DNA of 30,559 nt, from positions 1 to 30,559 of IMG/VR virus record IMGVR_UViG_3300031759_000908. One strand, 5' to 3'. The position numbers and the translations under genes were made by a program. This DNA is from a virus. Its lineage: Duplodnaviria > Caudoviricetes. The stretch's first letter is position 1. The number at the start of each line of letters is the position of its first letter. The notes under the pieces were generated by a model. The model had not been told where the DNA came from, did no database searches, and saw nothing but the letters and a program-made list of their open reading frames with translations. Of the stretch, positions 8,223 through 15,438 are shown piece by piece.

Positions 8223-9103
8223 TTGGGCCTATTCAAGTTTAGAGCATTTTGTAGTGCATCTATAGCTGATTGTATGTGTAAATTTGTTTCAGTGTGTAGC
8301 TGTGTTTGTGCTATCTTTTTTTTGGCTAGATACAATTCGTGTGCTTCTATAATATGTTTGATCTCAGGACGTAGGTCACGACTCATTGGCTGATGTTCTA
8401 GTTTAAATCTATCCATCAGCTGTTCTAATGTAAAGTTATGACTTGATCCACCACCAGGCACTTGTGTTTGTATCTGCATTCTACGTTTAATGCTCTTTTC
8501 TTCTAGGCTGGCGCTGGCATAATAGAATATAACCAAATCGTTATATGTGCCTTCTTGGCCCCAAAAGTGACGTCCTGTGGTATCATAAGCTATAGGATGG
8601 TTGTGTATACTGCGTGGACTGCGTGTAGGACTGCCAATACTTCTGGCCTTGAACTTTTCCCACTCTGCTTCTGTGCCACCAAATCCCCACCAACGTTGTT
8701 CATACAGGGGTCTGTTGTGATCTAAGAAGTAGGGTTCTTCACGACGTTCCATGTCTACAAAGCTATATTGTGCAGTTAGGATCTGTCTAGGAGTTGGATC
8801 ATCATCCATGTAACTGTAGTTACCAATGATGAACTCAGGAATGTTTAATGCCACACACCACCCTTGCACATCACGTTCAACGTCTACAATTTCACTGTCT
8901 ACTGGGCCAGCATTGAAATCAGGATTACGTGTGTCACGTATTTCCCAAGTTGGACATAACTCTTTAATAATGTCAACGCTACGATCAGTACTGCGATAAT
9001 TGATCATAATACCATGATCAAAAATCTCACGGTGATGTTTGAGCCAGAAAGGCAATAGCCATTCTTCGTTATAGAAAATTCCAATTACTGTTTTCTTAGC
9101 CAT
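8219..9103 (-). CDS. glycosyltransferase family 2-like (paralog B)
   Basis: FYNEEWLLPFWLKHHREIFDHGIMINYRSTDRS; collinear with paralog A. Confidence 0.8.
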   Translation of the reverse strand: MAKKTVIGIFYNEEWLLPFWLKHHREIFDHGIMINYRSTDRSVDIIKELCPTWEIRDTRNPDFNAGPVDSEIVDVERDVQGWCVALNIPEFIIGNYSYMDDDPTPRQILTAQYSFVDMERREEPYFLDHNRPLYEQRWWGFGGTEAEWEKFKARSIGSPTRSPRSIHNHPIAYDTTGRHFWGQEGTYNDLVIFYYASASLEEKSIKRRMQIQTQVPGGGSSHNFTLEQLMDRFKLEHQPMSRDLRPEIKHIIEAHELYLAKKKIAQTQLHTETNLHIQSAIDALQNALNLNRPK

Positions 9104-10320
9104 TAGTTTACTGTGATAGTTGGAAAGTACTTAATGAACACATCACCTTCACGGTCACGTTTCTTTTTAATGTTAGCACTGATCTCTTTAAAGAAATTCC
9201 AAGCTAAAGGCACAAATGCCACCTTAACGTCAGAGTATTGATCTAGTATATCAATGGCAACCACAGGAGTACTCATACCTGGACTGTATAAGCCTTGTTT
9301 TAGTGGATTATCATCAATGATATAATCTAAATGTATTTCACCAAAGTTAAGTAAGGTATTGCCTTTGGCTGCCGCACCATAGCCCACAATCAAATAGTCT
9401 AAGGTACGATAGTGCATGATAGTCTGTTTAAGATCTTCTACAATAGTAGCGGCACGATCAGCATAGGCAAGATATGTGTTCATGTCCTGTAGCCCTTCAG
9501 TGCGTTCAAAATCTAACTGTGCCTGCACACTTAATCTGGCACCAGGAACCTTACTCATAACAAACAGGTAACTGTTACCATGGATAGGTGTTTTACGTAT
9601 GTCTACAATAGTTAGCCCGGCACGACGAGCTAGTTCGTTCATGCTGTTAGCATTGAAGAAACTCAAGTGTTCATGATAGATAGTGTCAAACTCATTATTT
9701 TTAATCATGTCAGCTTGACTGGTTTGAATAAACAAACGACTGTCATCATGCATGATTTCTTTACACTGTAACAAAAAGTCCAACGGATAGTCATTATGAG
9801 CAAATACGTTTTGTGCTGTGATGATGTCTAGTTTTTTATTCTTGTAGTGGTAGACATATTTTTCTTTAAAGTAATCACATACTACTTCATGTTCTTTTGA
9901 ACTTAGTACATGTAGGTTTTCAGCAGGATCAATACCATAGGTCTTTAGGCCCAGAGCTTTGAAACTATTAAGCTGACTACCATCATTACAAGCAATGTCT
10001 AAGACTGTTGTTGGGGTCTCAGCAAAGTATTCTTGTGTTAGTTTAGCGAACCAATCAAAGTAGTCACGTAAGGTCTGACTTGTACCTGACACATACAGGT
10101 AGTTTTTAAATAGCAAATCTGGGTCAACAGCATGGCTCAACTGTAGATGAGTACACTCTTCACAGATATTTAAACGAAGTGGAAAATATGGTTCCTCTTC
10201 TTCTGCTGTTTTTTTAAAACTATTAGCCAATGGTTGCTCATTTAAGTCTAAAACTAGTTTTAATCGCTCACTGCCACAGCATAGGCATTCGTTGAGTTCT
10301 TTAGCGTTGTTGATAGGCAT
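9103..10320 (-). CDS. NDP-hexose C-methyltransferase (TylC3/EryBIII/NovU-like; Zn-binding, SAM and C-terminal domains)
   Basis: CLCC...CEEC Zn motif, VLDIACNDG, NVFAH, FDTIYHEHLSFF, TPIHGNS, GYGAAAKGNTLLN, DDNPLKQG. Confidence 0.88.
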   Translation of the reverse strand: MPINNAKELNECLCCGSERLKLVLDLNEQPLANSFKKTAEEEEPYFPLRLNICEECTHLQLSHAVDPDLLFKNYLYVSGTSQTLRDYFDWFAKLTQEYFAETPTTVLDIACNDGSQLNSFKALGLKTYGIDPAENLHVLSSKEHEVVCDYFKEKYVYHYKNKKLDIITAQNVFAHNDYPLDFLLQCKEIMHDDSRLFIQTSQADMIKNNEFDTIYHEHLSFFNANSMNELARRAGLTIVDIRKTPIHGNSYLFVMSKVPGARLSVQAQLDFERTEGLQDMNTYLAYADRAATIVEDLKQTIMHYRTLDYLIVGYGAAAKGNTLLNFGEIHLDYIIDDNPLKQGLYSPGMSTPVVAIDILDQYSDVKVAFVPLAWNFFKEISANIKKKRDREGDVFIKYFPTITVN

Positions 10321-11230
10321 TTTCTGGTTCCCAATTATAAATTATATATTTGTCTCTCCATTGCGGAGTTGCTTGTTCGTAATTTTCTATTAGACTGTCT
10401 ACTATTGTAGCAGGTGTTTCAGTGAATGTAAAGTCAAATGTCTGTTCAAACAGTGTGGTATCTAATGCAAAGTCATAGGCATTGGCAGTTATGCCTCGGT
10501 CGATGATTTCAGCATTAAGTTTTTGACTGACTGCTTGAGCTATAGCGCCTACAGTGCTGTTGAAACTGGCTAGATTGTAAATACCTGCTACTGGTTGTTC
10601 AATGCAACGAACTACTGCACGGCATAGGTCTTCTATGCCCAACATAGCACGGCTAATATGGCGGTTCGTTACCTGTATACCTGTTCCATTCTGCACACTG
10701 TGATACATACTGTTGATCATAACATCAACACGTAGATTAGGACTATAACCGTTCACTGTGCCAAAGCGTAGGCCAATTACCCGACGACCTTTAAGATTAG
10801 CAATAGTAGCCTGTTGATCTAATGCGTATTTTGTTACATCATAGTTGTTAACAGGTGTAAAGTGTGTGTTGGCTTCACTGTGTTGCTCGCCAGGTTTACT
10901 ATTACCGTAGACACTGGCTGAACTAGCATAGATAATCAGTTGATTGTCTGTTTTATCTAACAGGTCAGTGAAGTTAGTTACATTGTTTAGCCAAGGACCA
11001 GACAGTGCGCCGAGACAGCTAGGCACACTTGGGTGCCCAGCCAAGACCACAATTACTTCAAACTCTGCTAGTTCTTCTCTGGTGTATTTGTGATAGTCAC
11101 GACGGTTGCTAGTTTCGTCGTGAGCAAACCAACAGATATCATTGGTTTTAACAAAATGATGTTCACGTAGAACTTGTCGTAGTCTAGATCCAATGTAGCC
11201 ATTGCCACCTAAGATTAAGATCTTCTTCAT
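10301..11230 (-). CDS. NAD-dependent epimerase/dehydratase/reductase (extended SDR)
   Basis: GGNGYIG, YASSASVYG, YDVTK (YxxxK), LRFGTVNG. Confidence 0.88.
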   Translation of the reverse strand: MKKILILGGNGYIGSRLRQVLREHHFVKTNDICWFAHDETSNRRDYHKYTREELAEFEVIVVLAGHPSVPSCLGALSGPWLNNVTNFTDLLDKTDNQLIIYASSASVYGNSKPGEQHSEANTHFTPVNNYDVTKYALDQQATIANLKGRRVIGLRFGTVNGYSPNLRVDVMINSMYHSVQNGTGIQVTNRHISRAMLGIEDLCRAVVRCIEQPVAGIYNLASFNSTVGAIAQAVSQKLNAEIIDRGITANAYDFALDTTLFEQTFDFTFTETPATIVDSLIENYEQATPQWRDKYIIYNWEPENAYQQR

Positions 11231-11970
11231 CAGTCAATGATCATCATGCCATTAGGTGCAATGTTACCCTGTAGTCCCACAGTTTCAAGTTCAACTAACT
11301 TGTCCTTGGGAATAAACTTGGCCATAGCATGTTCATTGTCAATGTATTTGCCACTGTTGAACAATGGGATCATTGTGCCAATAATATTTTGATATAGTTT
11401 TACAGTATCTTCAAATAGATCAGGTGTAAATGACCATAAGCGAGTTTGTAGTAGTGTGTTTACTCCAGTGTCTGCTGGATTAATCCAACTTGGCTGAGAT
11501 TTTTTAAACACATATTTGCCTTTGGTATCTGCATTGTCAAACTTAGTAATATCAAATTTATCTGTGACTTGATAGCGACCACTTAGTTTGAAAATGCGTG
11601 CTGATGCTGAGACTTCATTCATAATGTCACTGTCGCTGGCAATGTAGTTCAGAGCCTTGAGCATACCCAATGCTTCCATGGCGTTCTTACCAATGTCATA
11701 GTTGCTGACATTGTTATGAAAGTATTTGATATCGTCGTCATCACTGTTGTCAATGTAGTAGTCAACTAGATCAATTAGTTCATTGAACTCATCGCTGTCG
11801 TCATTTTGTACATCAACTTTACTGTTGTCTACTAGAATAACTACAGCGCCAGGAATGTATTGTTTAGCACTTTTAGCAGTTTCTAATGTCTGTGCAATAC
11901 GTTCTGCTGGCTTATAGATACCATAGTTGCTGTAAACCGCTGATGTTAGTAATACAATATTTTTACTCAT
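11230..11970 (-). CDS. glycan-locus hypothetical protein (GT-like)
   Basis: LLTSAV, ERIAQT, ILVDNS and RIFKLSGRY motifs resemble proteins of polysaccharide loci; coupled to the SDR gene. Confidence 0.5.
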   Translation of the reverse strand: MSKNIVLLTSAVYSNYGIYKPAERIAQTLETAKSAKQYIPGAVVILVDNSKVDVQNDDSDEFNELIDLVDYYIDNSDDDDIKYFHNNVSNYDIGKNAMEALGMLKALNYIASDSDIMNEVSASARIFKLSGRYQVTDKFDITKFDNADTKGKYVFKKSQPSWINPADTGVNTLLQTRLWSFTPDLFEDTVKLYQNIIGTMIPLFNSGKYIDNEHAMAKFIPKDKLVELETVGLQGNIAPNGMMIID

Positions 11971-11979
11971 AATTTTTCC

Positions 11980-13011
11980 TTATTCGCAACGTAACCAGCG
12001 TTCATTAGCCAGTGTCCATTGTACTACTTCACCAATACGATCTGTTAGACTAACCTTAGGTTCCCAACCTAAACTGCGCATGTAGTCACCGCTGAGAGCA
12101 TAACGTAGGTCATGTCCTGGGCGTGAGCTATGGAAGTCAACCATTTCGTACTTCAATTCTTTTCCTTGCGCATCAGCAATGATCTGAGCTAGTTGCAGAT
12201 TGTTAATTTCTTGTTTGCCTACTAGGTTAAACTTAGGACATTTAGCATCACCGTAGTCTGGTTCTAGTTTCGTGTCATCTAAGCCCAGCAAGAACAACAT
12301 AGCATCAGCTACATCTGCCGCATGGATATAGTAACGACTACCTGGAATAGTACGACTAGCATCACTGTGAATAGTAATAGTATCTCCATCGTTTACCTTA
12401 CGAATACACATAGGAATAAACTTCTCTGGGTGTTGGCGTTGACCAAACACGTTCATTGTATGTGTGATGTAGATAGGCATCTTGTAGGTGTTTTCAAATG
12501 CTACTGCTAGTTCTTCACCACCAGCTTTAGTTGCTGAGTATGGATTTGAACTGTTATAACGATCACGCTCACCATAGTTAACGCCAACTGGTGCTGGACC
12601 AAACACTTCATCTGTTGAGAAGTAAATGAAACGTTCCAAGTTAGGTAGTTTACGTGCGAACTCTAAGATGTGGCCTGTACCAACAACGTTGTCCCAAACA
12701 AATTCCATCGGAAACTCAATACTACGGTCAACATGTGATCCTGCCGCTAGATGTAACACATAGTTTACATCGCCCACATCACGAGCAACCATTGGGTTAA
12801 GTTCTGCACGTAGATCGTGGAATACTACTTTGACACGCTTACGAATTTCAGGATCTAATTCCTGTGCCATATCATTTAGGCGATTAAGATTACCTGAGAA
12901 GTCCAAACGGTCTAGGCTGACCACATTCCAATCTGTTTCTCTTAGGATTTTTTCAATAACGTGGTGTGCAATAAATCCTGCACCGCCAGTCACTAGAACG
13001 GTTTTTGACAT
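11980..13011 (-). CDS. dTDP-glucose 4,6-dehydratase-like SDR (RmlB-like)
   Basis: TGGAGFI, HLAAGSHVDRSI, STDEVFG, PYSATK, QHPEKFIP, RPGHDLRY; start at the ATG at 13011 (MSKTVL). Confidence 0.88.
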   Translation of the reverse strand: MSKTVLVTGGAGFIAHHVIEKILRETDWNVVSLDRLDFSGNLNRLNDMAQELDPEIRKRVKVVFHDLRAELNPMVARDVGDVNYVLHLAAGSHVDRSIEFPMEFVWDNVVGTGHILEFARKLPNLERFIYFSTDEVFGPAPVGVNYGERDRYNSSNPYSATKAGGEELAVAFENTYKMPIYITHTMNVFGQRQHPEKFIPMCIRKVNDGDTITIHSDASRTIPGSRYYIHAADVADAMLFLLGLDDTKLEPDYGDAKCPKFNLVGKQEINNLQLAQIIADAQGKELKYEMVDFHSSRPGHDLRYALSGDYMRSLGWEPKVSLTDRIGEVVQWTLANERWLRCE

Positions 13012-13050
13012 TGATATCTCCAAATATTGTTGAATTTTGCTGCTTTTTAG

Positions 13051-13057
13051 TATTTAT
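13051..13057 (-). promoter_or_regulatory. late promoter core heading the large glycan operon
   Basis: ATAAATA about 40 nt upstream of the RmlB-like ATG. Confidence 0.55.
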
Positions 13058-13085
13058 TTTACTAAAAACTGGCAGAAAAATATTG

Positions 13086-13247
13086 TTATGCTACAGTATT
13101 AGCTACTTTAGCTTCAACGTATTCTTTGATAAAGCGCACAGCTTTACGGCTGCTGTCAAATACATACTCTAGGGTTTCTTCTTCAGGTGTTGTTAAGATT
13201 ACAACAAACCCGTTTGTTACTTTACGAATTTCAATTGAATTAAACAT
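13086..13247 (-). CDS. 53-aa hypothetical protein MFNSIEIRKVTNGFVVILTTPEEETLEYVFDSSRKAVRFIKEYVEAKVANTVA (not in the ORF track)
   Basis: GGAG SD and its own sigma70 promoter at 13283-13312. Confidence 0.8.
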   Translation of the reverse strand: MFNSIEIRKVTNGFVVILTTPEEETLEYVFDSSRKAVRFIKEYVEAKVANTVA

Positions 13248-13282
13248 TTTATTACTCCATAATTATAGATTGTTACTGTATA

Positions 13283-13312
13283 ACTATAACATAGAATAAT
13301 AGGTGTTGTCAA
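13283..13312 (-). promoter_or_regulatory. sigma70 promoter with extended -10
   Basis: TTGACA-18 nt-TATAGT with TG at the extended -10 position. Confidence 0.7.
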
Positions 13313-13313
13313 C

Positions 13314-13340
13314 AAAAAAGCCCACTTACGTGAGCTTTTT
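13314..13340 (-). terminator. intrinsic terminator downstream of ahpC (possibly bidirectional)
   Basis: GCTCAC-GTAA-GTGGGC stem-loop flanked by A/T tracts. Confidence 0.8.
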
Positions 13341-13352
13341 GGTTAAATTAGA

Positions 13353-13427
13353 CTATCTGCAAGGGCAATTATCAAAGCCACGGCTTCTACAATAATCAGC
13401 ATAGTCTTCAAACTCCCTGTTGGTCAT
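13353..13427 (-). CDS. possible 24-aa peptide MTNREFEDYADYCRSRGFDNCPCR
   Basis: ATG immediately after the ahpC stop, inside the ahpC transcript; very short, and an alternative 19-aa hydrophobic ORF also exists here. Confidence 0.3.
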   Translation of the reverse strand: MTNREFEDYADYCRSRGFDNCPCR

Positions 13428-13428
13428 G

Positions 13429-13995
13429 TTATAGTTTACCTACTAGATCCAAACTTGGTGCTAGTGTAGCCGCACCTTCTTGCCATTTAGCTGGGCATAC
13501 TTCACCTGGATGCTCACGTGTATACTTTGCCGCTTTAACTTTACGTAGCAACTCTTTTGCGTCACGGCCAACACCGCCTGGATTGATTTCAATGATTTGT
13601 ACACGACCGTCTGGGTCAATAACAAATGTACCACGGTCAGCAAGACCTTCACCTTCAATTAGTACACCAAACTGTGTAGCCAATTGATGATTAGGGTCGC
13701 CAATCATTGTGTATGTGATGCCGCGGATTGTGTCTGTAGCATCTGCCCATGCTTTGTGTACAAAGTGTGTGTCTGTGCTTACGCTGTATACTTCTACCCC
13801 CATAGCTTTAAAATCACTTGCATAAACGTCTTGTAGGTCTGCTAGTTCTGTTGGGCAGACAAATGTAAAGTCTGCTGGGTAAAAGAACACAATGCTCCAT
13901 TTACCTTGTAGATCTTGCTCTGTAACTTCTACAAACTTGCCTTGACTGTATGCTTGCGCTTTAAACGGTTGTACCTCTTTGCCAATTAAACTCAT
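13429..13995 (-). CDS. ahpC: alkyl hydroperoxide reductase subunit C (typical 2-Cys peroxiredoxin)
   Basis: [46 protein letters not shown]; AGGAG SD. Confidence 0.97.
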   Translation of the reverse strand: MSLIGKEVQPFKAQAYSQGKFVEVTEQDLQGKWSIVFFYPADFTFVCPTELADLQDVYASDFKAMGVEVYSVSTDTHFVHKAWADATDTIRGITYTMIGDPNHQLATQFGVLIEGEGLADRGTFVIDPDGRVQIIEINPGGVGRDAKELLRKVKAAKYTREHPGEVCPAKWQEGAATLAPSLDLVGKL

Positions 13996-14018
13996 ATTAC
14001 TCTCCTAATTAAAAATAT

Positions 14019-14085
14019 ATTATAACACTTATTAAACTTCATTGTCTAATTAAATTTTCTTATACCTACCATTAAAAAAATTTAT
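14019..14085 (-). promoter_or_regulatory. ahpC promoter with putative OxyR-type binding site
   Basis: ATAA-N7-TAAT-N7-ATAA-N7-TAAT (14085-14049) directly abutting TAGACA-18 nt-TATAAT. Confidence 0.7.
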
Positions 14086-14100
14086 AACCCTTATTCGTGA

Positions 14101-14124
14101 CAAAAGCACCCTGAGGTGCTTTTG
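14101..14124. terminator. intrinsic terminator after pqqA (symmetrical)
   Basis: CAAAAGCACC-CTGA-GGTGCTTTTG perfect inverted repeat. Confidence 0.8.
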
Positions 14125-14145
14125 CTTGTGTAGTACGAACAATAA

Positions 14146-14217
14146 TTACTTGTTCATTACATACATTGTTACTTCAAACCCAAAACGCATTTCAGTAGCT
14201 GCTGGTTTAGTCCACAT
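14146..14217 (-). CDS. pqqA: pyrroloquinoline quinone precursor peptide PqqA ([23 protein letters not shown])
   Basis: 23-aa peptide with MWxKP...GFEVTxY containing the E-x-x-x-Y core; AGGAG SD and its own terminator. Below the ORF-track length cutoff. Confidence 0.95.
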   Translation of the reverse strand: MWTKPAATEMRFGFEVTMYVMNK

Positions 14218-14274
14218 AGTATATCTCCTAAGTAAGTTATTAAAAGTACCACAACATTGTTCTGTTGTTACTAG

Positions 14275-14282
14275 TACTTATA
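14275..14282 (-). promoter_or_regulatory. late-promoter variant (TATAAGTA) upstream of pqqA
   Basis: One mismatch to T4 TATAAATA, followed by a leader that can fold into a hairpin. Confidence 0.45.
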
Positions 14283-14340
14283 CATATAGTAACACCAAAA
14301 ACGCCTAAAAAACATACTGAAAATCATTAATGATAGATAG

Positions 14341-14517
14341 TCAATTTACGATGTCAGCATATTTTAACCTAAAGTAAGTTTCTGTTGGGCCAGGTTCTAT
14401 AATATCTATAGTATAGCCACGAGAACTTTTATGAAACGGACCGTGTTTAATGTTATTATCTTTGATGATCTGTTGAAACTCACGTAGCTCGTTGTGCTTA
14501 ATAGTTATCGTCATCAT
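14341..14517 (-). CDS. 58-aa hypothetical protein (MMTITIKHNELREFQQ...YFRLKYADIVN), not in the ORF track
   Basis: Open frame overlapping the end of the upstream gene and filling the gap to the pqqA leader. Confidence 0.65.
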   Translation of the reverse strand: MMTITIKHNELREFQQIIKDNNIKHGPFHKSSRGYTIDIIEPGPTETYFRLKYADIVN

Positions 14518-15064
14518 CGTCTAGATCCTCGTCTTCATACTCCCAAATTTCTTCACCGCTGGCATAGTCAAAGTAGTATTTCTCGTTAGGTACTAACAAG
14601 CGGAATTGACCAGCATACTTAAGAGCCGCTATGAGTGCTTCATTTTTATCTGTTAGGTCACAGATAATAAAGCTACTACCACAGCCACCATGGACATGTT
14701 TGATTTCGCTGTGTTGAAATTCATCTGCTAATAAAGCATTATGAAAATTTCCACGATTGCCGGCAATGATACGATTGGCAATGAATGGATGTGGTAAACG
14801 TCTATCTAATAGGCCTAACTTACTAAGTGTGGCATTATTATCACGGTCAATACTTAACTTACAATGCTTAAATTTTAGGGAACCCTTGGTATGCGGATTG
14901 TCACTCGTTTCCTTTGTGCTCCAAGGAATTTCTGCTGATACATGATTTACATAAAATGTAACACCATGACTTTTGATACACCACATTGGAACCGTTGGAT
15001 CCTCTAGGTGTTTTTTGTTAAAATGAAAAACTACGTCTTTACAACTATACTCAATCTATAACAT
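14498..15064 (-). CDS. hypothetical protein, 188 aa if the in-frame TAG at codon 3 (15056-15058) is read through
   Basis: AAGGAG-9 nt-ATG TTA TAG ATT GAG TAT AGT TGT AAA GAC..., continuing in frame without further stops into the 14498..14986 ORF; the internal ATG at 14986 has only a weaker, more distant GAGG. Confidence 0.7.
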
Positions 15065-15068
15065 TTTA

Positions 15069-15260
15069 TTACTCTCCTTGTTTATCAAGATACTTTCTTG
15101 TATCTGCTCTGGTATTTATACCGTACATTTCTGCTGTTACTAAACTAGACAAATCCTGTGGAGAACAAACTTCTGCAAATCCTACTCCTAACTTCTTAGC
15201 ACGTGGTACTACTTCGTTAAGTAAAATCTTTGCTGTAAGTTGAGCGTATTGTTTGTCCAT
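15069..15260 (-). CDS. 63-aa hypothetical protein, weak resemblance to the GatB helical (Yqey-like) domain
   Basis: AAGGA SD immediately after the tRNA CCA; helical pattern A..LL.EV.......G.......SP..L..LV.....G. Confidence 0.65.
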   Translation of the reverse strand: MDKQYAQLTAKILLNEVVPRAKKLGVGFAEVCSPQDLSSLVTAEMYGINTRADTRKYLDKQGE

Positions 15261-15270
15261 ATAATCCTTT

Positions 15271-15344
15271 TGGTGCAGTTGACGGGAGTCAAACCCGTTA
15301 CCAGGAGTTTTAGAGGCTCTTGCTATTCGATCAGCTTCAACTGC
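15271..15344 (-). tRNA. amber-suppressor tRNA (anticodon CUA), 74 nt, encoded CCA
   Basis: GCAGTTG/CAACTGC acceptor stem, A73 and CCA; D stem GCTG/TAGC; anticodon loop CT-CTA-AA (stem has A27.C43 and C31.A39 mismatches); T arm ACGGG-TTTGACT-CCCGT. Confidence 0.85.
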
Positions 15345-15353
15345 AATACATAT

Positions 15354-15382
15354 ATTATATAATTAAATTATTTCATTGTCAA
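15354..15382 (-). promoter_or_regulatory. perfect-consensus sigma70 promoter for the tRNA operon
   Basis: TTGACA-17 nt-TATAAT, ending 9 nt before the tRNA 5' end. Confidence 0.88.
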
Positions 15383-15438
15383 GAAAAATTTTACCAAGGT
15401 CTGTCTCAGCCGTAAATACTATTACAAAGGAGATTTAC

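Noticed and set aside
14126-14308. 60-aa plus-strand ORF in the track
   Set aside because: Antisense to pqqA, which has an SD, a terminator and a recognisable sequence.
15271-15344. tRNA-Pyl identity (shares the CUCUAAA loop and a small D-loop)
   Set aside because: A73 rather than G73, a 5-nt variable region, no 6-bp anticodon stem, and no pyl genes in the window.
15271-15344. Alternative anticodon readings Arg(UCU) or Leu(UAA)
   Set aside because: Shifting the loop by one nucleotide loses U33 and most anticodon-stem pairing.
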